From positions 32,001 to 96,000 of the IMG/VR virus record IMGVR_UViG_3300001199_000005: a stretch of 64,000 bases of DNA. One strand, written 5' to 3'. This stretch comes from a virus. Both the position numbers and the translations under genes were made by a program. Positions 10,700 through 20,582 of this stretch are shown here, in pieces. The notes under the pieces are model-generated. The model searched no databases. It saw nothing but the letters and a program-made list of their open reading frames with translations, and had not been told where the DNA came from. Every line of letters begins with the position of its first letter. Positions within the stretch are counted from its first letter, which is position 1.

Positions 10700-11053
10700 T
10701 CAAAGGCGGATAATATAGCCCTCACCTTTTATAGTATTAATGAAACCTTCCTTATTGGTCGGTAACAAATATAGCTTAGTTGAACCTTGTAATCTTATTG
10801 TGTCTCCAAATTTTTCATGTATAAAAAATTCTATAACATCTTCATTCCTTTCGTAGATTCTTGGAACTAATGGTGTAGTTGCTTCATTGAAAGCTTCCAG
10901 AATAAATCTCTGTGTGATTAACCATACTTCAAAATCTCTAAGTGGGGAATAGTATTTAACTTCTGAATTTAATGTTTGTAAAACAAGCTTACCAGTATAG
11001 AATCTATAATCAAAGTAGTTATCCCAGAATATGCTGTTCGGTCTTATCAACAT
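10700..11053 (-). CDS. Hypothetical protein
   Basis: ORF 10700..11092; internal ATG 11053 gives a smaller overlap. Confidence 0.5.
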   Translation of the reverse strand: MLIRPNSIFWDNYFDYRFYTGKLVLQTLNSEVKYYSPLRDFEVWLITQRFILEAFNEATTPLVPRIYERNEDVIEFFIHEKFGDTIRLQGSTKLYLLPTNKEGFINTIKGEGYIIRL

Positions 11054-12469
11054 CGACGTCAAATCCTGAAATAAATTGCCTGAGTGTGACATTTTTTATG
11101 TATTTTGATTCTCCTTTTGTAGCTGCTCTATTCCAAGTTTCATCTTGAGTTCCTTCAAGGACTAAATTAATAACTAATTTACTTTCAATATCAGCTTCTA
11201 ATCTAATCCCTCTTCCTCTTCTCTGCTTTCTTTGAATGTGGGAAGAAGTTCCTGCTAATATAATCACTTGATTAATTCCTTTTATATCTGCACCAAGGTC
11301 TAGTGCTTTTACAGTATTTAATGCTGTTATCTCGCCACTAGTTAGTTTAGCTATAAGCTTCTTCTTCGTACTTTCAGCTAAAGTACCATGATAAACTGCA
11401 CCAGTTATTTTCTTAGCGGTTTCTTTTGATTGTGAAAAAGTAAGGGTCTTAGTAGTAGTGTGGTCAGTATTTGCCAATATAAAATTAGTGAGAGCTATCT
11501 TTGCAGGATGGTCATAACAGAATCCTATCCTAGCTCTCATTGCCCTTACACCCATAGCGGCATTTCTTCTTATCTCGTTGGGCGGTATATTAAGTTCTAA
11601 AGATTTATCATTAACATAAGTTGTATCCTTTAATCCTTTGAACATATCATCTAAATTGTAATCGAACATTGCAAAACACTTATTAAATGTTGCTTGATTC
11701 TTTTTATATTCAGTTAAATCAACAGGTATAAAAATATTATATTCAACAAAATCTGATACCCATTTATTCTTTAAAGCCTCTGCTAATGTAATTTTATCAA
11801 TAATAGGACAAATTGTTAGGAAGACTTCTTCCTTCATGTCTGGCCTATTTACTGTTGCAGTTAATCCCAATAACCATTTATAAGTTATTTGATTGAATAT
11901 CTCTTTTCTAGTGGTAGAGGCAAATGCATGAATTTCATCAATGATTAACAAATGTACATCATAGTTTTTCTTCAAAGCAGTATTTATTACAACAACTTCC
12001 ACACAACTATCAACCTCACTTTCCCATTGTTCTTTCAAATGAGTAGTAGGCACTAAGACTAAAATTTTGGAATCAGGTCTTTTCTCTAGCATTCTTTTAC
12101 ATATAGTGGTTGCTACACGAGTTTTCAATTTTGTTATCGCGTGGCTTTTTATCCACGCTTCAATACCTTTTTCTTAGATATTGTTCAGCATATATTTTCA
12201 TCCGTTCTGGACGACGAGCACTCTTGGAGAAATTATATTCTATCACTAGTTTCATTCTCTATGCGTTACGGTGACTAATACTGTTACATATTAATTTACC
12301 TCGGTGCTACCATTCCAGGCTTCCTCCGATTTTGCTCATTTCATATTCAACTTTCCAGCTGAATAGGGCAATCTTAATTACCAAATCCTGTTACAGCCTC
12401 AATAGTTCCAATACCTTTATTAGCTTTCCACTTATCTATACATAATTCTTGTCTTTCATTTCTCGTCAT
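11019..12469 (-). CDS. Superfamily 2 (DEAH) helicase, two exons: join(12380..12469, 11019..12125), 398 aa
   Basis: Exon 1 MTRNERQ...EAVTGFG joined to exon 2 KTRVA restores Walker A TGFGKT; DEIH, LTAT and QRRGR follow. Confidence 0.88.
12126..12379 (-). mobile_element. ORF-less group I intron (254 nt) in helicase Walker A
   Basis: Exon ends in U (GGU), intron ends in G, removal restores the frame; core-like GTAACGCATAG and AATATATGCTGAAC segments. Confidence 0.85.
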
Positions 12470-12696
12470 ATCAATTGTTCTACATCTATATAGACTTTTG
12501 GTAATTGATGTTCTTTTAAGAACTCTACTATTGCTTCCTCTAAGTTATCCATGATTACTTGCTCTTGCACTTTGACTTGAATATAAGGTAATTCAGTAGC
12601 ACTTACTTCAACACTAAAGAAGTCTTCATCATAGTAAATTCTAAGAAAAGCTCTGATTGCATCTCTTACTTGTATCATTTCTCCCAGTGTTCGCAA
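12466..12696 (-). CDS. Hypothetical protein
   Basis: Short acidic ORF coupled to neighbours by 4-bp overlaps. Confidence 0.55.
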   Translation of the reverse strand: MRTLGEMIQVRDAIRAFLRIYYDEDFFSVEVSATELPYIQVKVQEQVIMDNLEEAIVEFLKEHQLPKVYIDVEQLI

Positions 12697-15643
12697 ATCT
12701 TTGCATCAGCAACAGAAGGAATTTTATCTAAGAAGTAACCTAATGATTTAATCATAACTTCTTCTAGCTTAGCTCTAGCTTCTTCTGCATGAATTCTAGG
12801 CACTGAGCAAACAAGCTCATCATGTACTGATAAAACTATTCTTCCCCATCCCATCTTTTCAAAGTATTGAAACATCCAAATCATAGCTAGCTTACAAGCC
12901 TCTGCATTAGTTCCTTGAATAGGGGCATTAGCGGCTTCACCATAGTCATCCCCTTTAAAGAATCTTATTCTACCAAGTTTAGATGTTCTAAGATAGCAAC
13001 ACCATTCTTCATCTAAAAGTCTAGGCGTGTTGGCTAATTTAATACAACTATCTAAGTAAGCTGATAGTTCTGGAATTGCTTTGTCAATGGCGCTTGATAT
13101 AGCTTTCGACACTTGCTCCCTTTCATGTGCAGGTCTAAACATATTGATATATTTAGCAAGTACACCGTAGATACGTTTCCATCCACCCTTGTACAGTTTT
13201 GAAAATGTCACTGACTTATGAGTATCCCTAAAGTCTTGTGGAACTATATCTTTACCCTTTACTATAACAGTCTTTTTATTCTTACTAATTTCAAAAGTCT
13301 CATCACCAAGTATAACATTCATACTAACTGTGGCAAGTTCGCTGTGCATATCAGTTCCTTTTAGTAGAGAATCTGATATTAATTTATCTCCTGAGTAGTC
13401 GGCTGCGATTCTACAACGGTAACACGTTGGACTGTACCTTATTCCTGTCTCTGGGATTGTGCCGTCCAGTCTCTACACCTTCAACACTTTTTTTTAAAGC
13501 GAAGCTTGGCTCGGTATTAAAGAAGCATCCTTCACCGACTTTGACACATTTTTACACGTAGATTGCTCTACGAGGAGACCATCAAACTTCATCTTTTTGC
13601 TCTTAAGATAAAATTTGGCTTCCGAATAAATTGAATTATAAAAAGATTTTATTGAATTTTGCTCTGAAACTGTTACTATATAAATCCTATTTCTACCCTC
13701 TTTATTATAGCCATTTAATTTAGCACGAATATTTTGGGAGAGTAAAAAATTTACAATTTGGTTTGCAAACAACTCTGAACATGTAGCAATAGATACCCGT
13801 AAGTACTTATTAGATTTACTTCTTTGCATATATACACACCCGTCACCATCAAAAGCTCCTCTAATAAATGACCATGTCATTGGGATGCCTAGATTAAGTG
13901 TTAAAGATTTTCTCTTAGTTATTCCAAGAGACTCTAAAAATAAGTGTGTTTCTTTTTGCGTAAAAACTACTCTATACTGCTTTTTATCAGAATTTTTAGA
14001 TAAATAGTGAGTGATTTTAGTATTATAGCCTATAAAGACACAATATTGCTCTAAATGTTCTTTATGTATGGACGCTAATCCAATTCTAAAAGCATTTGAA
14101 GAAATATAGCCATCTGTTGCTAACATACCCAACCAATAATTTGTTGAGCTCGATTTTAAATCTATAAAAGGATTTGATTTTACCACACTATTACTTTCAG
14201 TAATAGTTCTGTGTTTTACATCCTTGGAGATTATTCTTCGTATTGAAGTGGGATAGGTATTATACAGACTAGCAATATGTCCATAACTTTTTCCACTATT
14301 ATACAAATCAATAAATAAATCTTTAAATTGTACTAATGACATAATATTTTTGTTATCCACAAATATACGTTATATCATTAAACATTCAATTATTGTTACA
14401 AATAAATCTCAGCACCCGACATATCTGCAGCCACAAACACCTCACCCTCATTATCAGGAATGAAACAGGCTCTTATCTCAGGTTTCTTAGGAATATTTTG
14501 CAGATTAACATCAGCAGAAGAAAGTCGACCTGTTTCAGTAAAGCATTGGGAATATCTTGAACATAAGAATCCATTCATATCCAAACTCTTCAAGAACTCT
14601 GTACCATAAGTGCTTATTAATTTACTATACTCTCGATAAACTAATAGCAGCTCTAGAAGCTCTTTTAAAGGACATTCAGGATGCTCATTCAAGTAAAGCT
14701 GAAGTGTATCTTCACCACTCGATGGTTTAAGGACTACTTTATTGTCCTTTCTTTCTTCCACCATAGGTAATGGTAGCTCAAGCCTTGTGAATAAATCAAG
14801 TATCTGGTCACTAGAAGCATAATTGATATTGCCCACATTCTTATTTTCAGTAATTTTAGAATCACCGAATAAAGAAGTTTGCTCTATCTTTACTTTAACT
14901 CTTTCTCTAGTATAGATACCACCCCTTATAGTAGGATATATTCTACTTAATCTAACTAATTCTTTATCCATTAACTTCTCTGTTTCGAAAAGTTTCTTGT
15001 CCCAAAAAGTAATTAACTTATTCCACGAATTTGTATCTATCTTAACACCTCTATAATTCATTTGAGCTATAATAGGTGCTAATGTATTTTCCATCCTAAT
15101 AATGTGCATCAGCTCTAACCTTTCAGCTTTAGCTAAAATAGCTTCTCGTAACTTAAACATATAGATAGTGTCTGCAGCAGCATAGTCCAACTGCTCTTTA
15201 GAGAAAACATCGGTAGGTTTCATGCCTATAAATGATTTCTGTAAGTGTTCTTTCTGTGTGCTATCCATCTTTATTCCAAGAAGTTTATCTAACACACTTG
15301 GCAAGCTTGCAGACAATTTTAGGAGTTTTAACTCACCTTTACTATTCTTTCTTAATTCTTTTTTACCGTTAGTCAAGATTTGAAATCCTAACATAGTGCA
15401 GAATACTTTAGGAAGTATTCCATACTCATGGTAAATAAAACCTAATTCAAACACAGCATTATGAGCAATAAGCTCACAACTATTATAAAAATCAATCCAT
15501 TCTTCTCTTGTGTGTTCAGCTGGTTTCTTTACTATCGTAGTTCCATCCTTATAAGTAATAGAAACTAATAATATTTTATCTACTTTTGGATTTAAACCTG
15601 AAGTTTCAAAATCTAATCCAACTAATTCTTCTTTATGTAGCAT
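12675..15643 (-). CDS. polA: DNA polymerase family A with 3'-5' exonuclease, two exons: join(14406..15643, 12675..13413), 658 aa
   Basis: Exo DFETSG, HNAVFE, YAAAD; TGRLSS; spliced motif A DMSGAEI-RIAAD; motif B KSVTFSKLY; motif C VHDEL. Confidence 0.9.
13494..14342 (-). CDS. Intron-encoded double-motif LAGLIDADG homing endonuclease
   Basis: YWLGMLATDG and FIRGAFDGDG; ATG 14342 preferred because TATATTTG overlaps the GTG at 14360. Confidence 0.88.
   Translation of the reverse strand: MSLVQFKDLFIDLYNSGKSYGHIASLYNTYPTSIRRIISKDVKHRTITESNSVVKSNPFIDLKSSSTNYWLGMLATDGYISSNAFRIGLASIHKEHLEQYCVFIGYNTKITHYLSKNSDKKQYRVVFTQKETHLFLESLGITKRKSLTLNLGIPMTWSFIRGAFDGDGCVYMQRSKSNKYLRVSIATCSELFANQIVNFLLSQNIRAKLNGYNKEGRNRIYIVTVSEQNSIKSFYNSIYSEAKFYLKSKKMKFDGLLVEQSTCKNVSKSVKDASLIPSQASL
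14360..14367 (-). promoter_or_regulatory. Bacteroidota-type -7 promoter element for the intron endonuclease
   Basis: TATATTTG matches TAnnTTTG. Confidence 0.5.
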
Positions 15644-16100
15644 AGTTTAAAGCACTAATACATTTTTGTAACGACCCAAGTTCTTTTAAGCAGCCTACAA
15701 ACTGCTTATTTTTAGGTAGGTCTAGTTCTTGATTTGTTATAATTACATAATATTTGTACTTAAATTCTGCTATATAGCTATGAATTTCTGCTTCTATTAT
15801 TTCATGCCTATCAGTTATCATATCTCCAGACCTATCAGTAAAGGTATCATCCAGATTAGGTGTAATACCAGAAGGTAAGTAATCTATACCTGCACTTATA
15901 AACCATTGGTCAAGCATCAAAGGCGATAATGTATCTTTAATCTTAGAAGCTACCACAACACTAGCTCCTGTTCTTTTCAAAAGTTCGTTGAAGACTCTTA
16001 CACATTCAGGGTCAGCATCATAATAAACATTATCATACTGATTTGGGTATGCTGTGATTAATGTATCCTCTAATAGGATTATTATAAGAGCCCCTTTTAA
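15633..16100 (-). CDS. Degenerate HAD (Swiss-Army-Knife-type)-like protein; no ATG/GTG/TTG before 15980
   Basis: Frame open from ~16109; DPECVRVFNELLKRTGASVVVAS, GITP and YYVII resemble HAD_SAK but the catalytic Asp motifs are lost. Confidence 0.45.
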   Translation of the reverse strand, partial: LKGALIIILLEDTLITAYPNQYDNVYYDADPECVRVFNELLKRTGASVVVASKIKDTLSPLMLDQWFISAGIDYLPSGITPNLDDTFTDRSGDMITDRHEIIEAEIHSYIAEFKYKYYVIITNQELDLPKNKQFVGCLKELGSLQKCISALNYAT

Positions 16101-17110
16101 AAAGGGTAACTATTTTGTACTGAAGCTTTCATTTTATCTTGTAAAGCTTTGTAAGGTATTACTCCTGAAGAACCTGCACTAGTTATTATATCTAATAATT
16201 CTTCTATTTCCTGTTTACTAAAATCTCTCCAATTCAAGGAGTTATTCCAAGGAATGAATCTATTATTTGGTAATTTGTACCTAGTTGAAGCTGCCCTTGT
16301 TGGGCCTAAATCTACTAATCTATTAGCATCAGCAACTTCAGCCAATATTCCTTTATCCTTATAGAAAGCTGCATCTAGGACCTGTACGTGCTCGCCAGCA
16401 ATTATGACTCCTTTAACATCTTCAATAGTTTGAGTAGTAGCAGAACCAGGTGGAGCAGTTGTACCTCGTCTTGGTCTTGTGCCGGCAGTACTACCAGCAA
16501 CAGCTAATGGTATAACTTTAGCAACCCCTTTAACTTTCTTGTAAATCTCCATACCAATAGCCATTATTGAAATGATAGGTGTTGACCAGATGTTACATAT
16601 AGCTAACATATCTCCAGCAGCATACTTTATATTTGAATGAGTTACTTTAAGTCCAAACCAACTTAACGGTGAGTAAATCTTAAAATCAACAGCTTCTCGT
16701 GATATAGTTGTATAACCTTTAGAATCCATCCATATTGCAAATATTACCGCACATATAGCTAGAATACCTATAAACATAAAGAAGGTAACTATAATCCCAG
16801 CAGTAACAAGCTTATAATTATTTGCACTAAGAACACCAACAAATGCCATAATGAAGAAGGAACTAAATAACATTTCAAAAGAACTAAATGGTAGAATTCT
16901 CATCATATTACCTAGTGTATCTCCTCCTATACTAACTGCTATTGTGTAGTTCTCGCTTATAATCTGCACTAGTTGAAATACAGAAAACAATAGTATAGAG
17001 TGTGAATGTATAAATTCAATCGGGTCTGCTTTATATTTAAAAGAGTAGTATGCTCCGACTATTACTCCACCCATTACTACTATACCAACTATTATTTGCC
17101 AAGCTGTCAT
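16097..17110 (-). CDS. Multi-pass membrane protein
   Basis: About five hydrophobic segments in the first 190 aa, then a soluble tail. Confidence 0.65.
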   Translation of the reverse strand: MTAWQIIVGIVVMGGVIVGAYYSFKYKADPIEFIHSHSILLFSVFQLVQIISENYTIAVSIGGDTLGNMMRILPFSSFEMLFSSFFIMAFVGVLSANNYKLVTAGIIVTFFMFIGILAICAVIFAIWMDSKGYTTISREAVDFKIYSPLSWFGLKVTHSNIKYAAGDMLAICNIWSTPIISIMAIGMEIYKKVKGVAKVIPLAVAGSTAGTRPRRGTTAPPGSATTQTIEDVKGVIIAGEHVQVLDAAFYKDKGILAEVADANRLVDLGPTRAASTRYKLPNNRFIPWNNSLNWRDFSKQEIEELLDIITSAGSSGVIPYKALQDKMKASVQNSYPF

Positions 17111-17907
17111 CCTTTAATTGCTTGCTCTAATCTATTTTTATTCTTTAACCATTTGTCTTTTAACTCAAGTTCGTAAGACATCATGTGTGGAATAAGGTTA
17201 GTGTATAATTCAACAAGTTGGAAGTTATCCATCATCTTGAAATCTGTTTTACCAGCAATTGATAATAAACTTTTTATAGATGCTAATGAGTACCCATACT
17301 TATCAACTGTCAATGGTTTTATAAATCTTAGTTTCTCTAAACAAGTTTTAGTGAAGAAATTGTTTCCATATTCTTTCTTTAACTCATTTATTTCATCATA
17401 AGTAAAGTAAACAGCTTCTCTTTGCAGAATCTTCTTTATGTCTAAATACTTAGGAACATGTGAATAATTCGGATTATCAAATGCATCTAAATCATTTACA
17501 TTAATATCTTCTATTGCTAGCATATTATAATTCAAATCTGAAAGGGACTTAGTATTTAAGTACTTAGCGCCTTCTTTTAAAGATTGAATCTCATTAAGCA
17601 ATTCTATATGGCTTAACTCTTCAAACTTATTCTGCTTAACAAAAATTACTAAGCCAATACTTCTTCTTAAATCTAGCAACTCTTCAATATGCCTATTATG
17701 ATTAAGGACCATATTATTACATAATTCCAACCAAGTTTTTAACTGCTCTTTACTAGCATTACCAAGTTTTATACTCTTGAAAACCTTTTCTTTTTTAGTT
17801 ATGGTTTTATTTTTACCATTAGAGTTTACAACTACTAATACTTCCCTCTCTGTAGGTACTTTCCATTCAACATTTTTCCAGTCTTCCATTATCAAAAATT
17901 GATGCAC
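17107..17907 (-). CDS. Hypothetical protein
   Basis: 266-aa ORF (start may be MEDWKN). Confidence 0.6.
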   Translation of the reverse strand: MHQFLIMEDWKNVEWKVPTEREVLVVVNSNGKNKTITKKEKVFKSIKLGNASKEQLKTWLELCNNMVLNHNRHIEELLDLRRSIGLVIFVKQNKFEELSHIELLNEIQSLKEGAKYLNTKSLSDLNYNMLAIEDINVNDLDAFDNPNYSHVPKYLDIKKILQREAVYFTYDEINELKKEYGNNFFTKTCLEKLRFIKPLTVDKYGYSLASIKSLLSIAGKTDFKMMDNFQLVELYTNLIPHMMSYELELKDKWLKNKNRLEQAIKG

Positions 17908-18196
17908 TTAATATAGTGCCTGTTCTTTTATCAAAGTATTTACTGGCTGGGTTAGGTAGATAATTTCCTTTCTCAGTTCTAATGAAGCTTTTTGGTTGGT
18001 ACACAAATGGGTCTCTTGGTGCAACTCTAGGAATAGATTTTGACATCTTATTCCATAATTCCAGACTATAGTACTTTAAATAATCCCGCTCTTCTTGAGT
18101 TATAGGGCCTTTACTGGAACTATTAGCATGGGATACTTTTGTTTCTACAATGATTCTTCTTGTTCTCATTGCGTTGTGTAATGATTTTTTACTCAT
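17867..18196 (-). CDS. Hypothetical protein
   Basis: 109-aa ORF, operon-consistent. Confidence 0.55.
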   Translation of the reverse strand: MSKKSLHNAMRTRRIIVETKVSHANSSSKGPITQEERDYLKYYSLELWNKMSKSIPRVAPRDPFVYQPKSFIRTEKGNYLPNPASKYFDKRTGTILSASIFDNGRLEKC

Positions 18197-18507
18197 AATG
18201 TATTTTTATATGCTTCGTTTACTGCATTTATTATACTAGGGTCAAATAGAATTGGGTCAATAATGACATCAATATGACCTATGGTTGTAACATTATTTAG
18301 TTTTGCGTATGAAGTCCGCACTAAGGAAGGATGGGTAACTTTCACAAGATTATGTAGCCCCACTGTGGTATGCGACGTTATAGGAAATACTAACCAATTA
18401 TAAGGTAACCCTGCTGTATTATTAAACTGTTTTGTAACAATGTAATATACCTTCTTTGCTCCTTCCTCATTACCTCTTGGAATAATTATCAAGTTTCCTA
18501 CTTTCAT
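18193..18507 (-). CDS. PemK/MazF-like protein
   Basis: 104 aa; IVTKQFNN...VFPITS...SYAKLNNVTTI...INAVNEAY pattern resembles the PemK fold. Confidence 0.55.
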   Translation of the reverse strand: MKVGNLIIIPRGNEEGAKKVYYIVTKQFNNTAGLPYNWLVFPITSHTTVGLHNLVKVTHPSLVRTSYAKLNNVTTIGHIDVIIDPILFDPSIINAVNEAYKNTL

Positions 18508-18508
18508 A

Positions 18509-18691
18509 TTAAAAACCTTGAATTAGTTGATTTTCATAAGCCCATCTTTCCAGAAGTCTTTTTGGAGTATCACCAGTATGCCTGGCTTGCTCTTTTTTTC
18601 TTGCTGTTTCCAACCATTCTGGAAATTCTTTCTTACCCTCAAGACTTTTAATTGCTTTGATTGGGTCGATTAAATACTGCTCTATACTCAT
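18509..18691 (-). CDS. Small hypothetical protein (possible antitoxin partner)
   Basis: 60-aa ORF ending 1 bp before the PemK-like start. Confidence 0.4.
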   Translation of the reverse strand: MSIEQYLIDPIKAIKSLEGKKEFPEWLETARKKEQARHTGDTPKRLLERWAYENQLIQGF

Positions 18692-19284
18692 TTTGTTAAT
18701 AAATAAATAGTTATTATAGTTAATACTGCGGATATTATCTTAAAAATTACTAGAGTTGTTTTGGTGTCCCTAAACTTTTCCATTAATTCTTCATGCATTC
18801 TTGCTTTCAGGTCCATCTCCTTATTTACAGCTATCTTTAGTCTAGACATGTTATTTAAGAAAGAATTAAAGGTTATCTGAGCTAATCTATAACCTGCAAA
18901 CCAATAATGTTCTCCGTTTCTATCATTTTGTCTTAGATACTTGAAGTATTCTAAAATACCTTTGCCAGTAATTTCGTCTATTTCTTTGAACATCTCTTTT
19001 ACATCTTCATCTGACAACTCAAACATTTGTTGAATGTCATCATCGCTTTCATGTTTGTCCAAGACTATTGTTATGGACTCTTCAGACATTAAATACTCGT
19101 TAGGACCAATGCCCTGCTTTAGATTAAAATCTCTTATTAATCTTTTACCTGTTTCAATGTTGTTTCCTGTGAAACTAAGTATATCTCCATCGGTTGATTT
19201 ATACTTTTCTCCCCCTGAGTATACTCTAACAATATCATTTAAAGTGATATATTGTCTATTCTTTCTTAGCCCTAGTGTTATCAT
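18688..19284 (-). CDS. Hypothetical protein with C-terminal membrane anchor
   Basis: 198 aa, hydrophobic C-terminus. Confidence 0.6.
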   Translation of the reverse strand: MITLGLRKNRQYITLNDIVRVYSGGEKYKSTDGDILSFTGNNIETGKRLIRDFNLKQGIGPNEYLMSEESITIVLDKHESDDDIQQMFELSDEDVKEMFKEIDEITGKGILEYFKYLRQNDRNGEHYWFAGYRLAQITFNSFLNNMSRLKIAVNKEMDLKARMHEELMEKFRDTKTTLVIFKIISAVLTIITIYLLTK

Positions 19285-19353
19285 TCTTTAGGATTTTTCC
19301 CGGCTTAGGTTTATAAACCAATATAAACCAAATCATTGCGTATAGTGTGGCAG

Positions 19354-19602
19354 CTAGTAAACCGCCGTAAATAAATATATTAACCATATCAAACAATAAA
19401 TTAAATTTAATAATATACTTACTGCTATAAATATAAATTTATAGAAAAAAACTTTTATCTGTTGTAATAACATAACACATGGCACCACTAAAATAAATGA
19501 TGTTACATAAGTTATATCTAAACTTATTACAAGACCCTGCAATAGTAATGATATTGTTACTATAGACATAACGGTATAATCCCTATTAGCTAGCTTTTGC
19601 AA
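19354..19602 (-). CDS. Small membrane protein
   Basis: Highly hydrophobic ORF; start uncertain. Confidence 0.4.
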   Translation of the reverse strand: MQKLANRDYTVMSIVTISLLLQGLVISLDITYVTSFILVVPCVMLLQQIKVFFYKFIFIAVSILLNLIYCLIWLIYLFTAVY

Positions 19603-19712
19603 ATGTAATCTTTTTAAATTTCTTTGAATTTCTTTTTAACCAAGATTCTGTTTTAACCAATGTATACCCATTAGCTCTTAAAATACTATCAAGTTCGAAA
19701 ATTGATAATGCC

Positions 19713-19955
19713 CTACCCTCTACTATTATTTGATGGGGAGTTAATTGACTCATATCGTTGAATGTTTAGTCTATTTTCTTTACTTAATTCTCTAGCCAAG
19801 TTCTCCACATAACTATAAGTCTTACTATGTATTGTCGCTAACTTTCTAAAAGAGAACTTATACAGAAGTAAATCTCGTATTAGTGCTTCTCTTAGTATTC
19901 TACTATGATTCGTTTGAATAGGCATACAGACAGCATTCAATATCTGTAGGTTCAA
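19713..19955 (-). CDS. Hypothetical protein
   Basis: Short ORF; start uncertain. Confidence 0.35.
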   Translation of the reverse strand: MNLQILNAVCMPIQTNHSRILREALIRDLLLYKFSFRKLATIHSKTYSYVENLARELSKENRLNIQRYESINSPSNNSRG

Positions 19956-20325
19956 ATATATTACAAATTACTTTATAATATTGTTCCCAATCTCCCCCAG
20001 CTAATCCACAGCCTATAAATACAGGCATGGCGATAGACTTTGGCTTAAGCGCTACAATAGCGTACATACACTTCTTAAACCATTCTAATCTTGGTTCTTT
20101 ATCTGATTTTCCAGGATAATCCTGTGCATAGGCATTAATTATTCTACCATGAACTGATATTTCTCCAGGAATACGTTTGAAGTTGGAATCTATATAGGTA
20201 TTAGCTTCTGGAAAAACTTTGAATATTTGATTAGCAAGACCTGATGAATGATAACTTCTGCAATTACATTGATGTATGATGTAATCTTCTTTTGCTTTTA
20301 ATATATCACCGTTTATTTGTAACAT
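19903..20325 (-). CDS. Macro-domain ADP-ribose hydrolase (Poa1p/DarG-like)
   Basis: GDIL, IIHQCNC, GLANQI, IINAYAQ, IGCGLAGGDW. Confidence 0.85.
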   Translation of the reverse strand: MLQINGDILKAKEDYIIHQCNCRSYHSSGLANQIFKVFPEANTYIDSNFKRIPGEISVHGRIINAYAQDYPGKSDKEPRLEWFKKCMYAIVALKPKSIAMPVFIGCGLAGGDWEQYYKVICNIFEPTDIECCLYAYSNES

Positions 20326-20582
20326 GTTTTAAAGTTATAGTTAATTGTATCTCTTCCTACAATAGAATATCCTGTACTAATAATAGTATCAGCTTTATAC
20401 TCTAACCATAATGACAGGCTATGCCCTTTATCATGGAAATGAACTGAATTCTCATACTCCACATAAAACAAATCAGGTGCTGGTACTTTATAGACCAACA
20501 CCTGATTAGAAAATTCAACCTGTAATTGACAGCCATAACTTGGGCATATTACAGCCCAAGCTATAAGCAGTTCCTGTATCAT
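20313..20582 (-). CDS. Hypothetical protein
   Basis: 89-aa ORF coupled to neighbours. Confidence 0.5.
   Translation of the reverse strand: MIQELLIAWAVICPSYGCQLQVEFSNQVLVYKVPAPDLFYVEYENSVHFHDKGHSLSLWLEYKADTIISTGYSIVGRDTINYNFKTCYK

Larger units (their letters stand above)
13414..14405 (-). mobile_element. Group I intron (992 nt) in polA motif A, carrying a homing endonuclease
   Basis: 5' exon ends GAG AU, intron ends ...ACCGTTG, exon 2 T-AGA-ATC restores EIRI; core GTGTAGAGACTG and AAGGTACAGTCC. Confidence 0.88.
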
